Assembly: GCA_024704765.1 (NCBI GenBank)
Contig: JAKMXF010000328.1
Span: 1-64,000, forward strand
Length of the DNA stretch: 64,000 nt
DNA from: Oopsacas minuta
Lineage: Eukaryota > Animalia > Porifera
Direction of reading: 5' to 3'
Below are positions 11,427 to 21,439 of the stretch, piece after piece. Numbering within the stretch: position 1 is the first letter of the stretch; every line of letters starts with the position of its first letter. A program made the position numbers and the translations under genes. The notes below the pieces were generated by a model. It searched no databases, was not told the origin of the DNA, and saw nothing but the letters and a program-made list of their open reading frames with translations.

Positions 11427-12798
11427 CAGTGCGTTCGGAAATTATTGGCAGTGAATTTGATTTGGTTCCATTCAATATCTATGTTAAGAATGATCAAAAT
11501 CATATGATTTCTAATAATTCGGTACTCTCTCAAATAGAATATACATGAGTAACTAACATATAGCCAATAATTTATCTTCTTACCTCCACCTTTGATGCAT
11601 AACCGAATTCTTTTGTCCATTGATAGACAAAATGGCTTTAAAAATTCAGGGTCAAATGTGTTCCATATCTCCAAAATAGCTTCTTTCAACTCATTTGAGC
11701 TAGTAAATCTCTTTTTGAGGAGTCTCTTCTTTAGTACAGCACAAAGATTTTCAATTGGGTTCAGATCGGGGCTATTGGAGGGCCAGTCGATCTAATGTGG
11801 GACAAATTCCTGTTTCCAAGCCTTTGCTGCATTTCCTGTATGTATAGGACTGTTATCTTCCTGCAATACCCATTGATTTCCGTATAAAGCATTAGCTTCT
11901 TGTATAAGACACTCATTTAGAACTGTTTTGTATCGTTCCTGGTTGAAGTTTTCGGTGAAAACTTTGAGGTTTGTTTTGCCCATTACCGAAATACCACCCC
12001 AAATATGGAGCTTCGATGGATGTTTGAAAGTTGGCAGGTTAATGGGCTGTCCTTTCTTTGTCCATACATGTATCTTGCCTGAATTCATCCATATAGAGCA
12101 TTCATCAGTAAAGAACACTTTAGACCAGTTCTGACCCCTCATTCGTTTACACCATTCCATTCGTTTAGTAATATGGAGTTGTGACAAGGCTGGAATTCTT
12201 ACTGCCTGGTGATATTGTAAGCCTCTCCTCTTCATTTCCTCTGATAGTGTGCTTTTGGCAACTGGAGTGCTCAATTTTGCTCGACATTCATTCAGAGTGA
12301 TCCTTGGATTGTGTTGAACGAGTGCCATAATCCTATTCCTATCAGACTTGTGCAATATTTGAGGTCGACCTGCTCCTTTCTTATGAGTCAAGCACTTTTG
12401 TCAGAAATAGACTTTAAAACACGATATACTGTCCGCTCTGGTATAGCTAGTTGTCTTGATATTTCAGTCGCTTTTGTTATCCCAGCATCAAAGAGTTCCT
12501 TTATCCTGATTCTATTCTTTTCCTGAGCCTTCATACCAAAATTGCGGAAAAATATTGTTAGTGGTTGTCGGAAAATATGGGTCTAAAATGTGTGAACAAA
12601 AATAATAAGCACATATTTAATGTCAAAGATCATTTGGGATAGATAAGGCAGAAAATTAGAATGTCAGTGGATCTATACATTATATTTCGAGTATATTATA
12701 TGTTGCTATAACTTAGACGTCGTAAATAAGGTTGTTTTAGAGTATTTATAAAGGATAATGAAAATAGTATTTACTGCCAATAATTTCCGAACGCACTG
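11427..12798 (-). mobile_element. Tc1-family (DD34E) element, copy A, inserted in the Harbinger left subterminal repeat
   Basis: Perfect 26-bp TIR CAGTGCGTTCGGAAATTATTGGCAGT; TA TSD (11425-26, 12799-800); 1372 bp. Transposase VFFTDECS...QEDNS-(34 aa)-NPIE, with an in-frame TAG at 11792-11794 and 5' frameshifts. Confidence 0.96.
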
Positions 12799-13149
12799 TA
12801 CATACTTAAGTATCACTTATATTCATGAATTTGTGAGTTTCTGATGGTGCTTTACAGAATTACTTTCAATCATTCAGGAATATATTTTCAAAACTTTCAT
12901 GGTTTATGCATGATCTCACGATAATATTGTGGTTTACGTTCATGAAATACTTCACAAATAATGTTACAAGGAATTCCTCGAACGCTTATGATATAACATA
13001 TCCGTTACTAAGGAATGCATTACTTTGTATGTAATGCTAAATACTATCATTCTGAATTATACATTCCAAGTTACACTAATGACTGTTTTGCTAAATACAA
13101 TTATGATCAAATATAATATATAAATATTCCAGTATTTTAATATAAACAA

Positions 13150-14193
13150 ATGGCACAGATGATTCCACTATTTCTCGCAGAAGAAGAACCCTCTTCCTCA
13201 ATGGCACGTCAACGAGTTTTCAGGGATCTCAATGATCCCCTAGATTGTTATGATGATATGGAACTTGTTCGACGTTTCCGTTTCTCTAGAGTTTCAATAT
13301 CTAAATTACAGAGTTGATAGCTAACTATTTGAATTTTACCGAGCGTTCTTGTGCTGCTTCCCCTCACTTGCAAGTTTGTGTGGCACTTCAATTTTTCGCA
13401 TCTGGAACGTTCCAGATAATTTGTGGAGATGGGATAAACGTAAGCCAAGCTTCTGCCTCTCGTTATATCCGAGATGTTTCTCTGGGTTTGCAAGCATATA
13501 CCATCAGTTTGTTAGTTTGCCTGCTGGTCTCAAGAGGGTAGAAGTCAAAAACAAGTTTTATGAAATTGCTCACTTTCCAGGCGTAGTAGGATTAGTTGAC
13601 GGAACACACATACGAATCCAAAGACCCTCGGAAAATGAAGCAGATTATAAAAATCGGCATTTTTACCACTCAATTAATTCCAAGCTATTTGCCAACCAGA
13701 TGGAATGTTTAGTGATGTATTGGAAAGTTTTCCTGGGTCTGTTCACGATTCACGGATTTGGAAGAATCCAGGTGTTGGGATGCATGTTGAAAATACCTTT
13801 TCAATAGGGGAGCATATATTAGGAGATAGCGGTTACATGATGAGGCCATATTTACTCACTCCTTATCTCCAACCAATATCTACTCCCCAATTTAACTACA
13901 ACTATGCACATAAGAAGACAAGGGTTATTGTTGAACAGACATTTGGGCGATGGAAACGAAGATTCCACTGTCTTCATGGAGAGCTCAGGATGAGTCCAGA
14001 TAAAGTTTGTTCCATCATAGTTGCTTGTGCAGTATTGCATAACATAGCAATACAGTGGAAACAACCTCTCTTAGAAGATGAAGTCTCCGATGATTCCTAT
14101 CCGGATGATGTTCTTGACTTTGAAGAAACTGTTGGGCATTTGGCATCAAAGCATTACAGGGATCAATTTTCTATTCATAATTTCAGCAACTAA
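13150..14193 (+). pseudogene. Harbinger DDE nuclease (HARBI1-like), frameshifted
   Basis: Motifs ALQFFASG, FPGVVGLVDGTHIRI, PGSVHDSRIW, ILGDSGY, RVIVEQTFGRWKRRF and ACAVLHN are spread over ORFs 13314-13541, 13349-13807 and 13705-14193; ATG at 13150. Confidence 0.93.
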
Positions 14194-14269
14194 ATTCACA
14201 TAGCATATATGTTGTGATGTAGATATGGAAACATCTTGCACAGTTAATGATTATAAGGTAACATGGAAA

Positions 14270-14385
14270 TTGTAGTTTTGAAACATCTAAGTAGGGTGTT
14301 GGTCTTTGTAGTTTTGAAACATCTAAGTAGGGTGTTGGTCTTTGTAGTTTTGAAACATCTAGGTAGGATGTTGGTCTTTGTAGTT
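14270..14385. repeat. 36-bp tandem repeat x3.2 between the two Harbinger ORFs
   Basis: Unit TTGTAGTTTTGAAACATCTAAGTAGGGTGTTGGTCT; copies 1-2 identical, copy 3 has 2 substitutions; no spacers. Confidence 0.95.
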
Positions 14386-14495
14386 GGGATATTTAATTGT
14401 GAAATGTATCAAGTATCGCACTTGAATTTGGAGCTAGTTGTTGCATTATGAAAACTATAAATTGGTGGAGGTTATTGATATTCCAAAGCAAGAGT

Positions 14496-15229
14496 ATGGA
14501 CAAAGGTCGCAAAGTAAATTGGACAAAGGAGGAGGAGTATACACTCATTGAGGCAATCCAGGATGCTGGAGATACATTGAGAGGTACTGCTGGTCAGTGC
14601 GCGAGATAAACAAAAAAAAGACGAGGCTTTGGAACAATGTTATGAGGAAAATCAATTCCATCCATGGCAACAACCGAGATGTAAAAGATGTAAAAAAGAA
14701 GTGGAACAATCTAAAAGGTTCCGCAAAAGCCCGTGTGGATTCCAGTCGAAGGGAAGCGAGGAGGACAGGAAGAGGGCCAAATGAAGCTGGTGAAGTGGAG
14801 GATGAAGACATCCGGATCCTTCGCTCCGATAGGGAAATATCCACATCTGTGACGGAGAGAGTATCACAGATGTTCTCAAGTACGCCAGCGTTCTCTGGAA
14901 TATGTAGTAGTGTTGATATGTTTCAAGCCCCAACAACATTGCCTTCACACACTGAGATTAGCGAAAGCAGAGAAGTAACACCAGTGTTTGAGGGACCAGA
15001 AGTTACTGTAGTTAGCAGTCGTTCAGAGGGAAGGCGTGCTTAGAGGAGCATCGAACAGTCAACAAAGGCCTCTGATTTACTTCCTCTGCAACGAGAAGTG
15101 CTCCTTAAACAGATGGAAGTATTCTCGGCTCAACTACAGCTGATTGAAGAGCAGAGGGAGTATTATCGTCATAAAAAGCAGAGACTTTTAGAAAAGATCA
15201 ACAGCAGCAGCTTTAGATATACGATTTAG
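14496..15229 (+). pseudogene. Harbinger Myb/SANT-like DNA-binding protein (NAIF1/MSANTD-like) with C-terminal coiled coil
   Basis: MDKGRKVNWTKEEEYTLIEAI..., a frameshift near 14590, then EINKKKTRLWNNV..RDVKDVKKKWNNLK. In-frame TAG at 15041, then LQREVLLKQMEVFSAQLQLIEEQREYY to TAG 15229. Confidence 0.88.
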
Positions 15230-15726
15230 TCATATTGTAACATCATAGAAAATCATAATTTATAGTGAAAGTATGAATTAATCAAAGAAAACGAGTGACT
15301 GAAGTGATTACATCAATGTTATCGATAAATATAATATGTTTGGAAACTTAAAATAGAGCTTGAATAACCTAAGCAACCTCGGTAGGTTACTTAACTTTTG
15401 TACTTAAGTACATACTTAAGTATGAGCTTAAATCTTAGTGAATACGGTTTAAGTATGTACTTAGTACTTAAGTACTAAGTACATACTTAAGTATGCTTAG
15501 TGAATACGGCCCCTGATGTTTCCATTGATTCACCATTAAATAGCTTCCTGATTGGTATTTCACACATCTGTGATAATTAGCTGTACAGTTTAAAGGTAAA
15601 CCTCTATTTTTGATGGTGACCACTTATTTCTTTGGATCTCAAAGAAATTGTGGTTATGAATTTGATATAAATACAAAATAAATTAAATTTACAATTTATT
15701 GAATTCTGAGCCATTATCACTGAAAA

Positions 15727-16700
15727 ATGACAGACAACAGAAGGCAAAATTGGACTGTTGGATTAAATTTGTATAGTTCAAAAAAATTCCGCTTTTCTTT
15801 CTGGAATACAGTGCTCCCTTATTCGGCCATGTTTGGATGTGAGGCACGTGTTGGCATAACATCACTGTCTCTTGCATCAGAGGCGATAAACACTCTAGAA
15901 AGTGAAGGTGATCTGGCAGCTATTGTTGGTGACCCACCTATAGCATCGAATGATAATTCAATCACTCAAGTTACTATCACATCTAGGGATCGACTGGGGG
16001 ACAATTTTGGCAGGGCCCCGGCCCGGGGAAAAATACCAACTTTCGGCATTACCGGGGCCCGGGTCGATCCCTAATCACATCACTGCAATCCTGTGATACT
16101 AGTATCACTTCAATGCAACTCGGCGATACTATGACTGAAGAACAACACTTGGATCCTGGAAATGATTTGAAGAAGTCATTTCTAATCAAATTTCCTCACA
16201 AATTATTGAAAGAATATAGCCCAGATCATGTTAAATAGGGTAAATGCACTCACAACACAAGTTTATCAGGCTGAAAGGATGGTGAAGCGTAGTCGACTTG
16301 AGCTTCAAGCTGGGATAGTTGAAGATAATGTAGTTGTTCCAATTCCAAACAGTGGATCGTGGGAGAGGAGATTCCGGAAATATCCTTAGAGTAATCATAC
16401 ACAGAGACTTGAAAAAAAAACAGTATACACTTGGCGTAAATTCTGAGGTATTGAAGGACAATACTCAAGAAATCAGTCTAACCTTTGTCCTCAATGCTTG
16501 TTATCAACAACAAGCATAAATATTGAGATCACAGTGTCACTGCGTTCAGCCGTCATTGCTCAGTCAGGTTCTGGTGGACAATGTTTTGCTAATTGCAATT
16601 GAAGTATTCCGAGCAAGTGTAAATCGAACAGATGTAAGTCTTACAAAGCAAACTTAAGAGTAATTCTAGGTGCCACGGAGTCTCATATATGCTGACAAAA
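15727..16700 (+). pseudogene. C-terminal half of a KRBA2/SCAND3-like integrase
   Basis: MTDNRRQNWTVGL, PYSAMFGCEARVG, QAERMVKRSR, DRGRGDSGNILRVI, YSRNQ and a Cys-rich end (NCNC..SKCKSNRCK) typical of this family. The catalytic core is missing. Confidence 0.75.
15984..16073. mobile_element. 90-bp hAT-type micro-MITE
   Basis: 11-bp perfect TIR TAGGGATCGAC / GTCGATCCCTA; perfect 8-bp TSD ATCACATC (15976-15983, 16074-16081); GC-rich interior. Confidence 0.93.
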
Positions 16701-17031
16701 AATTTCCTATCATTTCTTCATTTTGTTGTATTCACTAGGAAAAATGAAGTATTGTATCCTTACTTCATTAGTGTTTAGTAAATTAATGAAATAACTAGGT
16801 CTATAAATTAGGAATTTCGTGAGTTTCCTAATATTTCAGTAAATTCGTGACATCACTAATTTCACCATCTTACTGTAACATATATGCATATAAGATATAT
16901 AAATATAGGTATACATACATACAGATTAATTACGTTTTATTTGTATGATTACGAAAAATATAATTATTGACTGTTGTCCACCAGACCCGGAGTAACCTAT
17001 ATCCCAACTAAGGAGTGGCTCAAGGCTGCAA

Positions 17032-20000
17032 CAGTGGCGGATCCCATGGGAGATGGGGATGTCTACCCCCTCAAGGTATGCACACAGTATCTGGAATGTT
17101 AGTGTTATTTAATTATTAAGATAATGAACTAAAATTACAAACAGTAATTTGGCCTCGCTTCGCTCGTATGCTAGGCCCATTATTATGTTATAGCACCCAA
17201 ATCTCGGGTCCAGAATTTCCAATCAGACGGAAATGATTTACAGAATGAAGGTTAGGAGACAGTAACCCTACTTGGAAGTATGAAAGTAACGCTACAATAG
17301 TAAGGAAACCAATTTTATACATACAAATTATCGCTTGTCATATTCGGGCTGCGGTCCTAGAACACACAAGGGGATTTACAACCAGGCACGTAGCTAGAGC
17401 AAGACATTCAGAGAGGCAAGAAGTATTTCGGGAGGGCAATTGCAGGGATAAATATTTTTGAAAAGTTAATTACTTGTGTATAACAAGTACGACCCAGTCT
17501 CCTTTCTTACATGTATAACCTTTTTAATTCATAAAGTACCAGATTACTAAGCTAGGGAACACTGGACTAGTCTACATTATTGTAAGAGCATTTATTGAGA
17601 TCTAAACTCAATTTAGGGATACAATTTGACATTACAAAATAAAGCGGCGGTGCTTCATCTGCTTAAAATGTTCGATCACATCATTATAACAAAGTGTTTC
17701 CACAATATCTTTTTCAATAGATAACAGGGAAAGATGGTTGAGACGCTCAGTGGTCATTTGTGAGCCCAAACGTGTTTTATTCTCTTAACAGATGAGAACA
17801 TTCGCTCAACCTTGCAAGACGTCTGAGGGATAGTCACAAGAATTTGGTATAAGTTGAAAACATCAGGGAAAATATCTTTGTCAATCACATCCAGTACATC
17901 GATCAAAGTATTTAGCTGAGATTCATCTTTCCGAGCAATAAACGAACGGAAAACTTCTATTTCACAATCTTTGATATCTATTGCATACAGTTCAGATAGT
18001 GTATTCAATTCCTGTTTGTTAAGAAAGTTTTGAGTCCTTAGCAGCAATCAGCAGCCTTCATGATGCCTGATTGATCTGTACCAAAACGGGCATCCAATTC
18101 TGCTAAGATCTCGCGGACATTTTGGCGTACAATATTTCAAGCTCTTCAAAGTTGGATGCGTTTGTGTGTCTAACAGAGCTATTTAGATATCCTTCTCTAA
18201 ACATTTCTGGAAGACGCCGTTGCCTGATTGTGTCTCTTACATCAAAATTTTCGATTTCATATTTACCGGACAAATCTTTGGCATATTCGACAACCTTGTC
18301 AAAATCGAAATTGACCAACCTTTCCCTCAGATCGGCAAGTAATATCAAACAAGAAGAAACAGTTGCTGTCGTCTTCTGAAAAGCTTTAGTACAAAAATCA
18401 GAGTAATCATATAGCCTACCAAAGTAAACTAAGATGGTCATAAATTTCTTTGTTTGTAGACTACCTAGTAAAGATTTAGCTGCTAAACTTGTGTCTGCAT
18501 CATTATCATTTCCAAATATGTTAAAGTATCAAATATGCAATCAAACCGACGCAGAAACATTCCCACCTCCAAAGAACGGGAAGACCAACGAGTACTATAT
18601 GAACGTGCAAGTTCAAGAGCTTGGACGTTGAGATAGCGCTCATCCTGGACGTCTATGAAAACTGTAGGTAGCTTTGTTCCATTCATGAACGAATACGTCA
18701 AATCCAATATATCAAAGAAAGATTTCATCGGAGTATGTCGTTCAGCAGTTGCAGCTAGTACTAAGTTAAGTCTATGTGAAGCACAATGAACATATGTGGC
18801 ACTGCGATAACCTGCTCCTTTCATGCGGGCTTGGACACCACCGTGTATTCCTGACATATCACTAGCCCCGTGGTAACCCTGCCCTACACATTTCAGAGGA
18901 TCGAGCTCAAAAGGCTTAAGTAACTCTATCAGTTTTTCAGAGATGGTGCCCGCATCCATGTCCTTCAATTCAATAAAGCCAATAGCTCTTTCTCTGACAT
19001 TACCTTTATGGATATATCGCAAAGAAGCACCTAACAACTCCTTCTTAGATGCATCTTTTACTTCGTCAGCTAGAATAGCATAACAAGACGTGATTTCTAC
19101 TTCACTCTACATAGTCTAGAAGCACTGAAGCGAGTGATGTAAACAAATCATTTTGAATATCTAGACTTAGCATTTTTGCATTTCCTGGAAGACTTTCTAT
19201 CCTCTTGGTCACATTGCTATCATATTTTCCTAAAAGTTCTAATATTTCAAGAAAATTCCCTTTATTAAGCGACTGATCTGATTCATCATCTCCTCGAAGA
19301 GGAATATCTTGTTTGGCACAAAAAGTAATAATGTCAAGAACAGTCATTAAATGTTTCCGATTATCATCTATGAATTTCTCATTTCGAAAATTGGGATCCA
19401 GTTGCTTATCTACCGTCCCTATTATTTGATGAATTGCCCAGACTTTCTGTGTTTCAACAGCTGCCATATGACACACAGAACTATCGTGCTTTCTGCACTT
19501 GTCGCCAAGTTTCCTCCAGTCACAAAGTCCTTATGTTGAAAACGTTGCTTCAGCTGTTGATCCTCCAAAAAACCGACACGGTTGGCAAAATATAGCATCG
19601 AGTTCTTTGCTATACTCTATCCAGGAGAATTGGCCATACCAATGAGTACTAAAATGTCTACCGACCTCATTTTTTGGGAAGTAATAGAAGGCTGCCTCGG
19701 TTTCTCACCATTTTTGGACAAATCATTTACAGTCACAATTGATGATTGTATATGAGTCGTGTTTAAACTCGGAGTTGAAATAGTTGTACAAGAATCGGAA
19801 GTTAAAGGTTTCGAAACTTGAAGACTCGTAACAACAGGCTCTACCTCCTCATAATTTGAAGAGACGACATGATCTTCGATTTCTATTCGATTTATTTTAA
19901 AATATGCCTGAACTTTGCTTTGTTGTAGTCTTTTAGTCATTTAGAATTGTTAATGATATGAGTCACTGAACTGATTGAAGAACAGAAATGTGAAAGTTAT

Positions 20001-20633
20001 GATGATTTAGAATGACTTTATAACTTATAGAGAATATCTGAAATTGGCTTCACTCATATGTAAATTTCAAAACAAGCTTTGAAAACTGAAACCCTAAGAG
20101 CATCATCAATGCTTCAATTACTTCAATGGACAGTCTAACTTCTGACAACAATCACTAGCGGTCGTGGTAATTCAATTAAAATTATAGTCGAAATTCAGTG
20201 CCTGTCAAAATAGAACGAGTTTACTATCAATGAGCGTTACTTCCTGTCTAGTATTAAAACCATCATCGCAACGCGAGTTATTAATTTCATAGTTTTGACG
20301 ATGCAGTTGAAGTACATAGACTATTAACAACAGTGGAGTTCGCTTATTAGCAACTCGGATTTTGAAGAAAATTGGTTGCTAATAGGGCAACGAAATTAAC
20401 ATTATAATCCCGTTTGGGACCCAAAAGCTGGTTGCTAATAGAGCAATATTACTAATAAGCTAACTACATTGTATATAATAAACGAAAACTTCCAAATTAT
20501 CTGGGGGGGCGAGAAACACTTTTGGAGGGGCGACTGCCCCACTTGTCCCCCCGTAGCTACGTGCCTGTTTACAACGCTCCCAGAACCCTGATGGATGGTA
20601 ATCCCTCACTAGAAAATCTTGGCTCGGCTACTG
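17032..20633. mobile_element. Possible older non-autonomous hAT-like element interrupted by the 17383-20567 hAT
   Basis: Left end CAGTGGCGGATCC; right end GGCTCGGCTACTG (revcomp CAGTAGCCGAGCC); interior GC-rich motifs. No matching TSD. Confidence 0.35.
17383..20567 (-). mobile_element. hAT transposon (ZMYM1-like: TTF zinc finger, DUF4371, hATC), degraded ORF
   Basis: 14-bp perfect TIR CAGGCACGTAGCTA; perfect 8-bp TSD TTTACAAC (17375-17382, 20568-20575); 3185 bp. ORF fragments: AKQDIPLRGDDES..NKGNFLEIL; GQGYHGASDMSG..YVHCASHRLNLVL..STRWSSR; VTIPQTSCKVERMFSSVKRIK. Confidence 0.95.
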
Positions 20634-21439
20634 GCAACCAACCATTGGGTAACTAATTTTACGGATTTGAGTATCGGGCTCGTTTTGACTACATGAACTA
20701 GGTTAATAATGCCTGGCACTAAATATAGTTCAAATACGAAATTAGTGCCATCAATTATTAACAAGAATTTGTCACGATATGATGTGAGTCTTTTCAAATA
20801 GCGATGGGGGGGCCAATCAATAAATTGGGCTTAGGGCCCCCACATCCCTTATTCCGGTGCCTTTGTTCACAATGTACTGGTTGGTTAATTACAACGCAAA
20901 ATTCAATTAACAAACATAGTTACATATTTGAGAAATGTTATGAATTCTAATTAACTTGTGCTAAACTCTTAAATCTGATAAGTGAATCATAGCTGACTAT
21001 AAATTAAAGCCTATCACCCTCTTGTGAATTTTGGACCACGGATACGGTTTGGAGTATTACCACTTTGGTGTAATCGTAAATATTCCCATATTTGGTCATT
21101 TTTAACACTACGCAATAATATTAAGAGATATCATATCAAAATGTATTAAAAGGGCATGGGAAGTTTGATATTTTCTACAAATATTAGATAGTGATTTGGC
21201 TATAACTTTCAAGAATATCGAATTTCTAATTGGATACTCATAAAATATGTCATCCATGGTATCTCCAATTACTCAAGTATGAGCTAACTTTATCATGACA
21301 AATTTTTGATATTTTACAAGAAAATGTTTAGGTCATAATGATTCATAATTTACATTGTCCAACAACTACACAGTAATGTAGGGTAGCTAAACGACTTTTA
21401 TTAGAACATGCCTGAAAACTTAATGACATCAATTAAGCT

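Larger units (their letters stand above)
11272..15512 (+). mobile_element. PIF/Harbinger DNA transposon (nuclease + Myb/SANT ORFs), degraded
   Basis: TIR (cc/gg)GCCGTATTCACTAAGCATACTTA / TAAGTATGCTTAGTGAATACGGCCC; candidate 3-bp TSD CTG (11269-11271, 15513-15515); palindromic TACTTAAGTA subterminal arrays at both ends; two characteristic ORFs inside. Confidence 0.9.
11049..16880 (+). mobile_element. Ginger2/TDD-like (KRBA2/SCAND3-type integrase) DNA transposon, internally deleted, hosting nested insertions
   Basis: TGTTACAGT...ACTGTAACA termini; imperfect TIR of about 110-150 bp (shared GAAATTC(A/C)TAATTTATAGACCTAGTTATT(C/T)CATTAATTTACTAA); TATA on both flanks (11045-11048, 16881-16884). Integrase C-terminal remnants at 15727-16700. 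About 1.6 kb after removing the nested elements. Confidence 0.8.

Noticed and set aside
14270-14385. 36-bp direct repeats as a possible CRISPR array
   Set aside because: The repeats are contiguous with no spacers, lie inside a Harbinger element in a eukaryotic context, and have no cas genes nearby.
20760-20860. GC-rich GGGCCCCC fragment resembling a hAT MITE end (similar fragments near 8975-9000, 44040-44130 and 56530-56580)
   Set aside because: Only one end is recognisable and there is no TSD, so boundaries cannot be supported.
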